Part shown: positions 1-8,042 of the stretch, one piece after another
Position numbering within the stretch: position 1 is the stretch's first letter
Layout: each line of letters opens with the position of its first letter
IMG/VR virus record: IMGVR_UViG_2561511210_000002
Location: 988-64,987 of that record
Strand: one strand, 5' to 3'
DNA length: 64,000 bases
From: a virus
The notes under the pieces: model-generated
What the model was told of the DNA's origin: nothing
What the model saw: the letters and a program-made list of their open reading frames with translations, nothing else
Databases searched by the model: none
Position numbers and translations under genes: made by a program

Positions 1-80
1 CCGGCGAAGGTTCGCAAGATCCAATTGGCCAGCCGTATGGCCCCACGCTCAACCGCGGTAGCGCCGCCAAGTTCACCCAT
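1..80 (-). CDS. Hypothetical protein, 5' part only (runs off the window)
   Basis: ATG at 80 preceded by GAGGA; open frame MGELGGATAVERG... to the edge. Confidence 0.4.
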   Translation of the reverse strand, partial: MGELGGATAVERGAIRLANWILRTFA

Positions 81-84
81 GTCC

Positions 85-318
85 TCAATTATCCTCCGTT
101 TCAGGACAAGTCGCGGTGTCTAGCGGCGTTCGGATTCTCCGTAATCGGTTTACAGTCACCGGATCGGACTTCATGGCGTCTTCACTTTCTAGGATCCGGT
201 TGAGCTTCTGGTAATACCTGACGGGGGAGAGTCCAAACTTCTCGCGTATGGCGTTCTCCTTGATTCCGGGTTGCTTCCACCAGATGCGTTCAAATTCAAG
301 TACTTCGACGGCGTTCAT
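85..318 (-). CDS. DUF3263 domain protein
   Basis: LEFERIWWKQPGIKENAIREKFGLSPVRYYQKLNRIL...DPVTVNRLRR signature; ATG overlaps the upstream stop (ATGA). Confidence 0.85.
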   Translation of the reverse strand: MNAVEVLEFERIWWKQPGIKENAIREKFGLSPVRYYQKLNRILESEDAMKSDPVTVNRLRRIRTPLDTATCPETEDN

Positions 319-737
319 TGGATGTATGGGTCTTCCACGCGATCGGCGAGCCAGGTGCGTTCGGCGGCCGTGAGGTTGTTGCGTCGAACGCGGACGGTGT
401 GGACGTCGGTCCATAGTTCTTCGGCCAGCTCGTAGTCATCGTTTGTCCACTGGAGCCCGCGCAGGAGCGCCGGCAGCGGGATCAGATGGCGGGAAGCGAG
501 AATGTCCACTAGTCGTTCTTCGCGCCCGCGGTGGGTGGGGGCGGCTAGGCCACGTTCAATGTGTAGCAGCTCATGGGTGAGGGTGGATCGACGTTCAGCT
601 TGAGTGAGCGTCTTGCACAGCCAGATGGTGTTTCCCTTCCACAGTCCTCGCACACCTCGGGGTAGTCGGTGACGATTGCTGACGATGATGTGGGGGTAGC
701 GCTCGCCGATGATGCGCCACGGATGCCATGAATCCAT
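315..737 (-). CDS. ImmA/IrrE-family metallo-endopeptidase (putative antirepressor protease)
   Basis: ERRSTLTHELLHIERG (HExxH) and C-terminal LAEELWTD HTH-like segment; leaderless ATG at 737. Confidence 0.85.
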   Translation of the reverse strand: MDSWHPWRIIGERYPHIIVSNRHRLPRGVRGLWKGNTIWLCKTLTQAERRSTLTHELLHIERGLAAPTHRGREERLVDILASRHLIPLPALLRGLQWTNDDYELAEELWTDVHTVRVRRNNLTAAERTWLADRVEDPYIQ

Positions 738-744
738 ACCGGAG

Positions 745-767
745 AACCTAGATCCGGCCACCGACAA
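745..767 (-). promoter_or_regulatory. PafBC-dependent (RecA-NDp) DNA-damage promoter
   Basis: Minus strand TTGTCGGTG-GCCGGATC-TAGGTT matches tTGTCRgtg-N8-TAnnnT; 7 nt to the ATG at 737. Confidence 0.8.
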
Positions 768-846
768 AAATCGCCCTGACCAGTAACTACAGGTGTGTGA
801 TTACATTCCCGGCCTACGATTCTGGGCCTGCTCTATCGTCGTGCCA

Positions 847-1467
847 ATGTCGACGAACGTCTATATCGATGGGTTCAATCTCTATTACGGGGTGCTTAAG
901 GGGACTGCTCATCGTTGGCTCGATCTAGAAAAGATGTGCCAGGTCTACCTTCCTGGGCACACGATCAACAGGATTCGATACTTCACCGCCAAAGTCACCC
1001 CAACTCCCAACGATCCCGACATCGGCAATCGGCAGCAGGTCTACCTACGTGCACTGCGCACCTTGCCGAGTGTGTCGATCCACGAAGGGCATTTCCTTCG
1101 GCACAACGTTCGCATGGCGCATGCCTACCCTCCGCCCAACACAGTTGAAGTGATCAAGACGGAGGAGAAGGGCTCCGATGTCAACCTGGCTACGTACCTG
1201 TTGGCCGACGCGTTCCGCAATGACGCTTCTCGCTTCGTTGTGGTCACTAGCGATTCGGACTTTCTTGCACCACTCACGCTTGTTCGTAAGGAGTTGGGCA
1301 AGGACGTTGGGATACTCAAGCCGAACACACGCCCTAGCCATGGCTTGAACCGGTGCTCGCCGAGCTTCACCAAGACCATTCGAAAGGGCGCTTTGACTGC
1401 TTGCCAGCTGCCGGATCCGGTGGTTTGTATGGATGGAACACGGCTGTCAAAGCCGTCGACCTGGTGA
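847..1467 (+). CDS. NYN-domain (PIN-like, LabA/DUF88) ribonuclease
   Basis: VYIDGFNLYY, EEKGSDVNLA, VVVTSDSDF acidic motifs; TATCGT -10 lies 7 nt before ATG 847. Confidence 0.9.
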   Translation: MSTNVYIDGFNLYYGVLKGTAHRWLDLEKMCQVYLPGHTINRIRYFTAKVTPTPNDPDIGNRQQVYLRALRTLPSVSIHEGHFLRHNVRMAHAYPPPNTVEVIKTEEKGSDVNLATYLLADAFRNDASRFVVVTSDSDFLAPLTLVRKELGKDVGILKPNTRPSHGLNRCSPSFTKTIRKGALTACQLPDPVVCMDGTRLSKPSTW

Positions 1468-1503
1468 AAAAGCTGAGGCCCCTCATCTGAGATGAGGGGC
1501 CTC
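1467..1503 (-). terminator. Intrinsic terminator (possibly bidirectional)
   Basis: Perfect inverted repeat GAGGCCCCTCATCT-G-AGATGAGGGGCCTC (1475-1503); AGCTTTTT follows on the minus strand. Confidence 0.75.
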
Positions 1504-1534
1504 GCGCTCAACCGGCGAAGCGGTTGAGGGGGTA
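1467..1534 (-). ncRNA. Predicted small RNA convergent with the NYN gene
   Basis: TTGACA(1569-1564)-18nt-TAGCCT(1545-1540) promoter; 8-bp hairpin with CUUCGC loop; 14-bp inverted repeat followed by a U-tract. Confidence 0.55.
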
Positions 1535-2193
1535 CAGCCAGGCTAGCCAATACGGCCTCAACCTGTCAATCAAGTGGGCTCGGGGCCGAAGAAGTGTTGC
1601 GGTGGGCTGGTAACTCGGTATCTCGCTAGCTAGCAAGCGTGTGTCCATACTTGGTAACAAGTTAACTTGTATACAAGTATTAAAGTTAGCTGGCTAGCGC
1701 TGATGTATCCGATGGATACAGGCTGTACATGCCTTGCGCCGAAATGACATGTGTGCTGTGATCGCTTGGGAGTTAATTAGCGAGAAGTGATTGTGAGGGA
1801 GAGTCGAAAACTAATGTGGACCAATTTCCCGTTGGTGGTAGGCGTTTCTGTCCTTGGCTCCTTAATGTCAGATTGAAGGCCCGGAAAAAGGGGTGAGAAG
1901 GAGTGTTCAGATGCAGTTAGCGTTGGAGTGTGAAGAACGCGTCTGTGTCGGACGAGGGTCGGAAACGGGCCCTACCTTGGGTATCCACGTGCCGCCAGGC
2001 GCCACGGGGGTCGGTCCGGGGATGCCGGGGCGAGTGCGTCAGTTCAGGATTCGACAACCATGGGTGAAGATAGATCTGCAGCAAGATCGTGTGGACGATC
2101 TCGGGGCTGGGGGCCGGCGGCGCCCATACCCTAGAAGTGCAAACTGGGCCGATTTTCTGCAGATATGCCCCAGTTTGAGAAGTAGGCTCAACC

Positions 2194-2209
2194 ACGAACA
2201 TATGTTCGG
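2194..2209. promoter_or_regulatory. LexA (SOS) box-like palindrome
   Basis: aCGAACATATGTTCGg versus the mycobacterial consensus TCGAAC-N4-GTTCGA; TAGGCT -10 just upstream on +. Confidence 0.5.
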
Positions 2210-2546
2210 AACGCGTCACAAAGGAGGTGAGCTAGACGAGTGTTGTCGCATGTAGTTGCGAGGACTTTAGAGCTGATTTCATGAAGATGCCCAGGTGTTG
2301 GAGCACCCGGGCATCTGTTCGACCAATTCTGACCTGCCAAAAGGAGAGCATTAGTCGTGTTTCAAGCTACACCAAATGACACACCCGGTACATGCCGTGT
2401 ACAAGGAAGTGTTTACTTCCGCTGCAGTTTCACACACCTCGCTGTGTTTTTTCTGCGGAACCGGGGGTCTCGGGATGTCCGATGATCAGTGGCGAGCCGA
2501 ATGGGTCCAGTTCTTGCTATGGACACGGCCCATCCCGACATGGCCT

Positions 2547-3692
2547 TTAGCGGAGCGGATGCTCCTCTATGCCCTCATTGAGGTGATCGTGGGACTTCAT
2601 GTTTTCGACGATGGCGTCACCGACTGAGTCATCCTCATGGTCTGAGGCTTTCTCGCCATGTTGGGCCGCGGCCAGCTCGTCGTCGACTTCCGGCGGCAGC
2701 TGGTCCGGTCCACCACCCCATTGGGGGTAATGGATTGCCCCGGTCTTCTTGTTGACTTTTTTGGTATCGGGTTGCGGCGCAGCCTCGGGCTGGTGGTCGT
2801 CACTCTCGGCTTCTCGTCGTAGAGCTGCGGCATGCTCACGGACTCTCATAGTGAACTCGGATAGATCGAGCTCGCAATCGCCGTGGATTGAGCGCGCATT
2901 CGTTGCGAGTTCTCCCACTACCCGTTTGATATCAGATTCCGTTTCGACTTCTGACCAGTCCACTACCGATGGCCACTCGGGGCCTAGGGCGACCTCAATA
3001 GTGCTTGGGGCCTCCTTGATTTCACTGCCTTCCGGCGATGCTGACGGTTGCGGGGACGGGGTGGGGTCGGATGATGCGGCATGGAGGCCCTCCTTTTGTC
3101 GTTGGTCCCAGTAGCTCGTGTTATTGAATCCGTTGAGTTCTAGTTCTTGCTTGTCAAGAAACAGCCGTTGTAAAGCCGGTCGGGCAGCTGGCCCTACGCC
3201 TGCGGTCAGGAGTTGATCTGCCCAAAGGTTGGCCAGGGCGACGGCGACGCGGGCATTCTGCGCCATCGCGGCTCCAGGATCTGGGGACTCGTCGGCAACC
3301 TGACGCATTGCTGCAAGGGCTGCTTCCCATGCGGTTAAGTACCGCGGTGCGGTTTCCATCGCATGGAGATCGTCGACGGTTACGCCAGCGTGTTCTGGTC
3401 TTGGTGGGGCCGGTTCCGAAGGGGCCGGGTCGACATCAAGGGGCTCAGGCTCGGCTCCCTCGAAAATCTTCCTGACCGAGTGCTTGGCCCAGCCGAGACT
3501 CTTCTCTAGGCGTCTATACGAAAGCTCGCTGACCTCCTGGCCATTCTCAATGGCACTCATTGTGGTGCTCGAAGGGCCGTTCGGCATGTTGTCTTGCCGG
3601 TACCCCAGCCACTTGCGCCGACTCTCAACGATCTGTCCAAGTCGAAGTCGGGCTTGTTGCGGGGATTCGAGCCGCTCCTGACGTTCGGTCAT
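2547..3692 (-). CDS. Immunity repressor (N-terminal XRE HTH, long C-terminal extension)
   Basis: RLGQIVESRRKWLG...GPSSTTMSAIENG...RRLEKSLGW; divergent from a Cro-like gene. Confidence 0.8.
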   Translation of the reverse strand: MTERQERLESPQQARLRLGQIVESRRKWLGYRQDNMPNGPSSTTMSAIENGQEVSELSYRRLEKSLGWAKHSVRKIFEGAEPEPLDVDPAPSEPAPPRPEHAGVTVDDLHAMETAPRYLTAWEAALAAMRQVADESPDPGAAMAQNARVAVALANLWADQLLTAGVGPAARPALQRLFLDKQELELNGFNNTSYWDQRQKEGLHAASSDPTPSPQPSASPEGSEIKEAPSTIEVALGPEWPSVVDWSEVETESDIKRVVGELATNARSIHGDCELDLSEFTMRVREHAAALRREAESDDHQPEAAPQPDTKKVNKKTGAIHYPQWGGGPDQLPPEVDDELAAAQHGEKASDHEDDSVGDAIVENMKSHDHLNEGIEEHPLR

Positions 3693-3858
3693 ACGGCAAG
3701 ACTGCCAAAAATTTTTGGCAAACCATAGTCCCATTCGGCTAACGACATGGGTGTGAGCAGCCGGAGCGCCGAATCTCACCAGTAGCATTCTGCACGCCAG
3801 GGCAAAATTGCCACAGAATTGCTTGCGCTTGCGACGGTTAGCCGTTACAGTCGTCCGC

Positions 3859-4185
3859 ATGGGAAGCAAAATTGCCGCAAAACGGCGATATGACCGTCAG
3901 CGGGAGCGTAGAACCCCGCCTCATGTCAGCCTCCAGACCTTCCGCTTGGCGTTGAAGCGAATCGACCCTGATGGGCACTGGGACCTAGACGACGTATGCG
4001 AACGCATCGAAGCGATCCACGGCGACCGTCCAGCGCGCGGCACGTTGAGTGCTATCGAGAACGGGGCGCGGGGAGCGTCGGCGCAACTGCTGGCCGCCCT
4101 CGAAGAGGCGTACAACCTTCCGGCTGGCTCGATCACCACGGATTACGCTCCGCGCGCAACCCCTGCGACATCCGAGGTGGCCTAA
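3859..4185 (+). CDS. Cro-like HTH regulator
   Basis: RGTLSAIENGARGASAQLLAALEEAY; promoter TTGCGC-17-TACAGT with leaderless ATG. Confidence 0.8.
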   Translation: MGSKIAAKRRYDRQRERRTPPHVSLQTFRLALKRIDPDGHWDLDDVCERIEAIHGDRPARGTLSAIENGARGASAQLLAALEEAYNLPAGSITTDYAPRATPATSEVA

Positions 4186-5072
4186 TGGCCGCCGATCTAG
4201 TGCTGATGGACGACGGACTGACGGTCGAATTCGGCAACTCTGACGAATGCTCAGACCTCACCGCACAAGAAGCTGAGGCGGTGACGGGTCGCATCCGTCG
4301 GTGGGTGAACGACTTCCCGGTGGCGGATGTGGTGCTGGCATTCCGTGGCCGAGTGTGGATCGCGCTTGCGTATGCCTCGTGGGCCGAATGGTGCGAGTGC
4401 GAGTTGGGCGGCTTGAAGCTACCCGCCCCGAAGCGTCGCGAGGTTGTGGCTGAACTGGCGGGCGAAGGCATGTCGAACGTCGCGATCGGCAGCGCGCTGA
4501 ATGTCGATGAGGGCACGGTGCGTAATGACAGGCGGTCGGCAGGGTCGGAAAATTCCGAGGCTGAACGAAAGCGTCGCGGCCAGGACGGCAAGGACTACTC
4601 CTCGCCGCATCCGAAACCGACTGCCCCGCCACCCGAAATCGTTGTTGACGCAGAGATCGTGTGCCGCGACTGCTACGGAAATGGTTGCGAGACCTGCTTT
4701 CCAGAAGACGAACCCGCCACCGACGAACAAATCGCAGCGATGGCCGAGATGTCAGACGACGAGTTTGAAGCGGCCTTATCCGCTGCACGCGCAGATGGCG
4801 ACCTCAGTGCCGGGAATGTCATTAAGCATGGTCAACAGGCCGACGATCTGCAATCAGATGAAGTGCCGCAGCGCAAGTCGCCAGAGCCGCCTATCACCAA
4901 ATCGTTCTCGACCGCTAACTACAGGCTCACGCTAGCGGTCAAAGCGGTCGTACGTCTCAGCGAGAACGACCGCTTCAAAAAGAACAAGGACCAGATCTCT
5001 GGCTGCCACCTGAGCGATCTGATCCGTGCTCGCGACGCCCTCACGGGCGTCATCCAACAACTAGAAGGGTAG
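4185..5072 (+). CDS. Phage HTH DNA-binding protein
   Basis: EGMSNVAIGSALNVDEGTVRND HTH; CxxC-CxxC motif; TAATG coupling to cro. Confidence 0.7.
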   Translation: MAADLVLMDDGLTVEFGNSDECSDLTAQEAEAVTGRIRRWVNDFPVADVVLAFRGRVWIALAYASWAEWCECELGGLKLPAPKRREVVAELAGEGMSNVAIGSALNVDEGTVRNDRRSAGSENSEAERKRRGQDGKDYSSPHPKPTAPPPEIVVDAEIVCRDCYGNGCETCFPEDEPATDEQIAAMAEMSDDEFEAALSAARADGDLSAGNVIKHGQQADDLQSDEVPQRKSPEPPITKSFSTANYRLTLAVKAVVRLSENDRFKKNKDQISGCHLSDLIRARDALTGVIQQLEG

Positions 5073-5079
5073 CACCTCA

Positions 5080-5940
5080 ATGTCAGTACACCAGCTCAAG
5101 ATGCAGATCGAGAAGCCTAGCCAATCCATCATCTACGTCGACCCAGCGATGGCGAGGCGCGTTCTCGCCAAGAACACTCGAAACCGACCAATCTCCGAAA
5201 CGCATGTTAAACGCCTCATGGATGAGATGCGTTCTGGAAGGTGGCAATACAACGGGGAGGCCATCAAGTGGTCCGTTGACGACGTTCTACTCGATGGGCA
5301 GCACCGCCTCACCGCGCTATCTCGGATGCCCGACGACTTTCCGGCACTGCCGTTCCTGGTTGTCCGTGGCCTACCCACAGCTTCGCAAGACACGATGGAC
5401 CAGGGGCGGACCCGATCCGCTGGTGATCAGCTGAACATCGACGGCCTGATCCGCAACGCCGACAGCAAGGTCATCGCTGGAGCCATTCGCGTATACATCG
5501 ACTGGCAGGGCGGCGGCTTATTCCGCGACAGGGCGTCTAACCGGGTGAGCAACCCCATGGTTATTGAATGGGCACAGAATCATCCGATCGAGATATCCAT
5601 CATGACAGCAATTCTCGGCACGGAGATGCGCCGAGTTAAGGCACGTCCAAGCCTCACCTTGGCTGTACTGCTCCACTTCCATCTGATTGACGGGGAGGCT
5701 GCCCGCGAGTTCTGCGCGGGGCTATACACCGGAGTTGGTCTCAGCGCCGGCAATCCCATTCTTGCGCTACGGGACAGGCTGGACCGAATCTCCACACAGG
5801 GGTTCAAGAGCACCGACCGTGACACGATCGGATTATTTGTACTCGCTTGGAATGCCTGGCGGAATGACCGGAAGCTGACTAAGTTTCAGCGGCCCGCCGG
5901 CGGCTCCTGGACCCGTGACACCTTCCCCGAGGCGGTGTGA
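5080..5940 (+). CDS. ParB/Srx-like N-terminal domain protein
   Basis: NRPIS...WQYNGEAI...LLDGQHRL motif. Confidence 0.7.
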   Translation: MSVHQLKMQIEKPSQSIIYVDPAMARRVLAKNTRNRPISETHVKRLMDEMRSGRWQYNGEAIKWSVDDVLLDGQHRLTALSRMPDDFPALPFLVVRGLPTASQDTMDQGRTRSAGDQLNIDGLIRNADSKVIAGAIRVYIDWQGGGLFRDRASNRVSNPMVIEWAQNHPIEISIMTAILGTEMRRVKARPSLTLAVLLHFHLIDGEAAREFCAGLYTGVGLSAGNPILALRDRLDRISTQGFKSTDRDTIGLFVLAWNAWRNDRKLTKFQRPAGGSWTRDTFPEAV

Positions 5941-5941
5941 G

Positions 5942-6241
5942 GTGGTGACAATCTTCAGTAAGGAAACGGACCTTCAGGAGAACCTTCTGGATGGCACGGT
6001 CTACTGCTACGAACCAGTTCCCGGCGAGGGGGTCTACGTCACGATCGCTGGCCGGGACGATCAGGTCTACATCGTCGCTTTCGACATGGCAGATCTGGGT
6101 TACCTAAAGCGCGCCGCAGAGTATGCGCAGTCTGTCGAGAATCGTGAGTCGTCGAGCGAAGACTTGGCGCGAGTAACACCGACCGGGATGCCATTCCTCC
6201 TTGAACTGGCGAAGGACGAGTTTGGCGGTGGTGCGGCATGA
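5942..6241 (+). CDS. Hypothetical phage protein
   Basis: ORF coupled to its neighbours; start uncertain. Confidence 0.6.
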   Translation: MVTIFSKETDLQENLLDGTVYCYEPVPGEGVYVTIAGRDDQVYIVAFDMADLGYLKRAAEYAQSVENRESSSEDLARVTPTGMPFLLELAKDEFGGGAA

Positions 6242-6423
6242 CCAAGCTCTCCTACAACCGCGAGGAAGCCGCACAGGAAGTCGGAATCTCCGTCGACAAA
6301 CTCGACCAGGAACGCCGCGCTGGCCGGATATGTCCCCGCTATGTCGGCAGCAAGCCCGTATACGAGCACGACGAACTCAAACGGTGGCTGGAGTCCCTGC
6401 CGTCTGAACCTAAGTCGGCGTAG
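6238..6423 (+). CDS. Excisionase-like HTH DNA-binding protein
   Basis: LSYNREEAAQEVGIS...ELKRWLESLP, 61 aa. Confidence 0.75.
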   Translation: MTKLSYNREEAAQEVGISVDKLDQERRAGRICPRYVGSKPVYEHDELKRWLESLPSEPKSA

Positions 6424-6520
6424 AGCTTTCAACAACTGAATAAACCCCGAACGCTGGGGCGGGACATCTTGGCGGACGACCACCCCAGCGCCACTGCAAC
6501 CAACACCTTGGAGGTGTGGC

Positions 6521-6829
6521 GTGTTCAAGCATAGATCCATCACGGCGGTAGCCGTAATCCTCACCGCGGTTTCATGTGCTCCACCAGCTCATGCGGACTC
6601 GGCTCAAGACCTAGCCGAAAAGTACGGCATCTCGGTGTGCCGCAGTCTGGATGCTGATCCCACGATCGATGGGGTTCTCAACACCGGGGTATCGCTCACA
6701 AAAAAAGCGGGCATTGATCCGTATGTAGCGGGACAAGTGTTGGCATACAGCGCCATCTGGTTTTGCCCCACGCACATCACTCTCTTGAAGCGGTTCGCTG
6801 ATTACTACAAGGGAGGGCGGGAAGCATGA
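6521..6829 (+). CDS. Secreted DUF732-like protein
   Basis: Signal peptide ending PPAHAD; VC...FCP cysteines. Confidence 0.7.
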   Translation: MFKHRSITAVAVILTAVSCAPPAHADSAQDLAEKYGISVCRSLDADPTIDGVLNTGVSLTKKAGIDPYVAGQVLAYSAIWFCPTHITLLKRFADYYKGGREA

Positions 6830-7074
6830 GCGGGCGGGAGCGTATAGAGCAAGCAGCCAAAGAAAACGGGTGGGCGGTGCGGCGCGTAGGCGGTCAATCG
6901 GCACTGGAGTTCTCTAAAAAGGGTGAACTGCTATTTGTCGGTTTCGATCGGGCCATGCGTCATGTGATGTTCGCCGATGTGGACACGTTTTTCACTACTC
7001 ATATGACCGAGCCGCCAGAAGCTATCGCCGACCAGGTTATCGCCTACCTACAGCAGGGCGAGGTGCGGTCATGA
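6826..7074 (+). CDS. Hypothetical phage protein
   Basis: ATGA-coupled ORF. Confidence 0.65.
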   Translation: MSGRERIEQAAKENGWAVRRVGGQSALEFSKKGELLFVGFDRAMRHVMFADVDTFFTTHMTEPPEAIADQVIAYLQQGEVRS

Positions 7075-7144
7075 CCATCGAAAGTGCTGTTGAGCGAATC
7101 GTTTACGACTGCGCAGCCGACATTGAAGAAGGGGAGGCGGCGTG

Positions 7145-7297
7145 ATGTTCGCCCTACTCATTGCTATATGCGCGATCGTCTTCCTCGCAGTCATTCTCGG
7201 CGGGCTTGGGCTTGGCGGGTGGGCGATGTGGGAGTGCTGGAAAACCGACCATCAGCCCGACTATCAGTCCCCACTAGTGCACGGTTGGGAGGACTGA
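7145..7297 (+). CDS. Small membrane protein
   Basis: MFALLIAICAIVFLAVILGGLGLGGWAMW read from sequence; TGATG coupling at both ends. Confidence 0.55.
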   Translation: MFALLIAICAIVFLAVILGGLGLGGWAMWECWKTDHQPDYQSPLVHGWED

Positions 7298-7476
7298 TGA
7301 TCCAGATCTACCCAACCCCATGGTGTTACAAGCATGGAGCGTTTCATGAGGATTGCCCAAAGAACGATCCATCGCAGCATGGGCATCTGATCGCCAACAT
7401 TCTTGGCTTCGTATCCCTCACTGCTGTGATGTTCATTTTCATTGCGGGGCTCTGGTTCTTGGCCGGTGGACGATGA
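7297..7476 (+). CDS. Small membrane protein
   Basis: GGAGG RBS; hydrophobic C-terminus. Confidence 0.6.
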   Translation: MIQIYPTPWCYKHGAFHEDCPKNDPSQHGHLIANILGFVSLTAVMFIFIAGLWFLAGGR

Positions 7477-7682
7477 ACGTAATTCTCGAATACCTTGGCG
7501 AAAACTGGTTCTTCATCCTGATCTATTCAGCCTTACTGACCGCGCTGCAGGTCTGCAGTGAAAGGCGGTTGCGCTCTGAGAACACCGCCCTTCGCCGTGA
7601 AATCGCCCGCCTGTCAAAGCATCCCTCTACCTATGAGCCTGAACCACTCCCGTATATGCGGAGGTACGCAGACGATGAGTGA
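7473..7682 (+). CDS. Small membrane protein
   Basis: N-terminal TM segment plus coiled coil; ATGA overlap. Confidence 0.6.
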   Translation: MNVILEYLGENWFFILIYSALLTALQVCSERRLRSENTALRREIARLSKHPSTYEPEPLPYMRRYADDE

Positions 7683-7911
7683 CGACTTGAGAACCATTGC
7701 GGTGTTCGATGAATCGATCGAAGATCTATTGCGGGAACACGCTTCTGTTGAGGACGTGAAGTTGGTTGCTTCTGCGAGACAGGTTTTCGCTAAAGCCGTT
7801 GGTCCTCTGTGCCAGTTCTGTGGCGGTGGGGGAGTCGTGGATGCGCGGTCTCTGCTTCGGCAGCGGCAACGTCTCGTTGTTCAGTGCACGTGCGCAAGGA
7901 AGGCGTCATGA
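7675..7911 (+). CDS. Hypothetical protein (CxxC...CxC)
   Basis: GGAGG RBS; overlapping chain of ORFs. Confidence 0.6.
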   Translation: MSDDLRTIAVFDESIEDLLREHASVEDVKLVASARQVFAKAVGPLCQFCGGGGVVDARSLLRQRQRLVVQCTCARKAS

Positions 7912-8042
7912 GCGACTACATCAAGGATGTTCTTAAAGACGCTATCGAGGAAGAGCTTTCGTTGGGTGGTGATGCGGGGACCGTGATGGCCCGTATCGGT
8001 GAGGTGTTGTCAGAAGAGGGCTACAGGGTGGTGGCGTTGTGA
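7908..8042 (+). CDS. Hypothetical protein
   Basis: MSDYIKDVLK; AGGAAGG RBS; ATGA overlap. Confidence 0.55.
   Translation: MSDYIKDVLKDAIEEELSLGGDAGTVMARIGEVLSEEGYRVVAL

Noticed and set aside
1893..2255. Overlapping ORFs 1893-2255(+) and 1917-2219(-)
   Set aside because: No motifs and no convincing translation signals; cannot choose between them.
3693..3869. Longer (440-aa) repressor start
   Set aside because: Overlaps the divergent promoter region and the cro start; ATG 3692 puts the HTH at the N-terminus.
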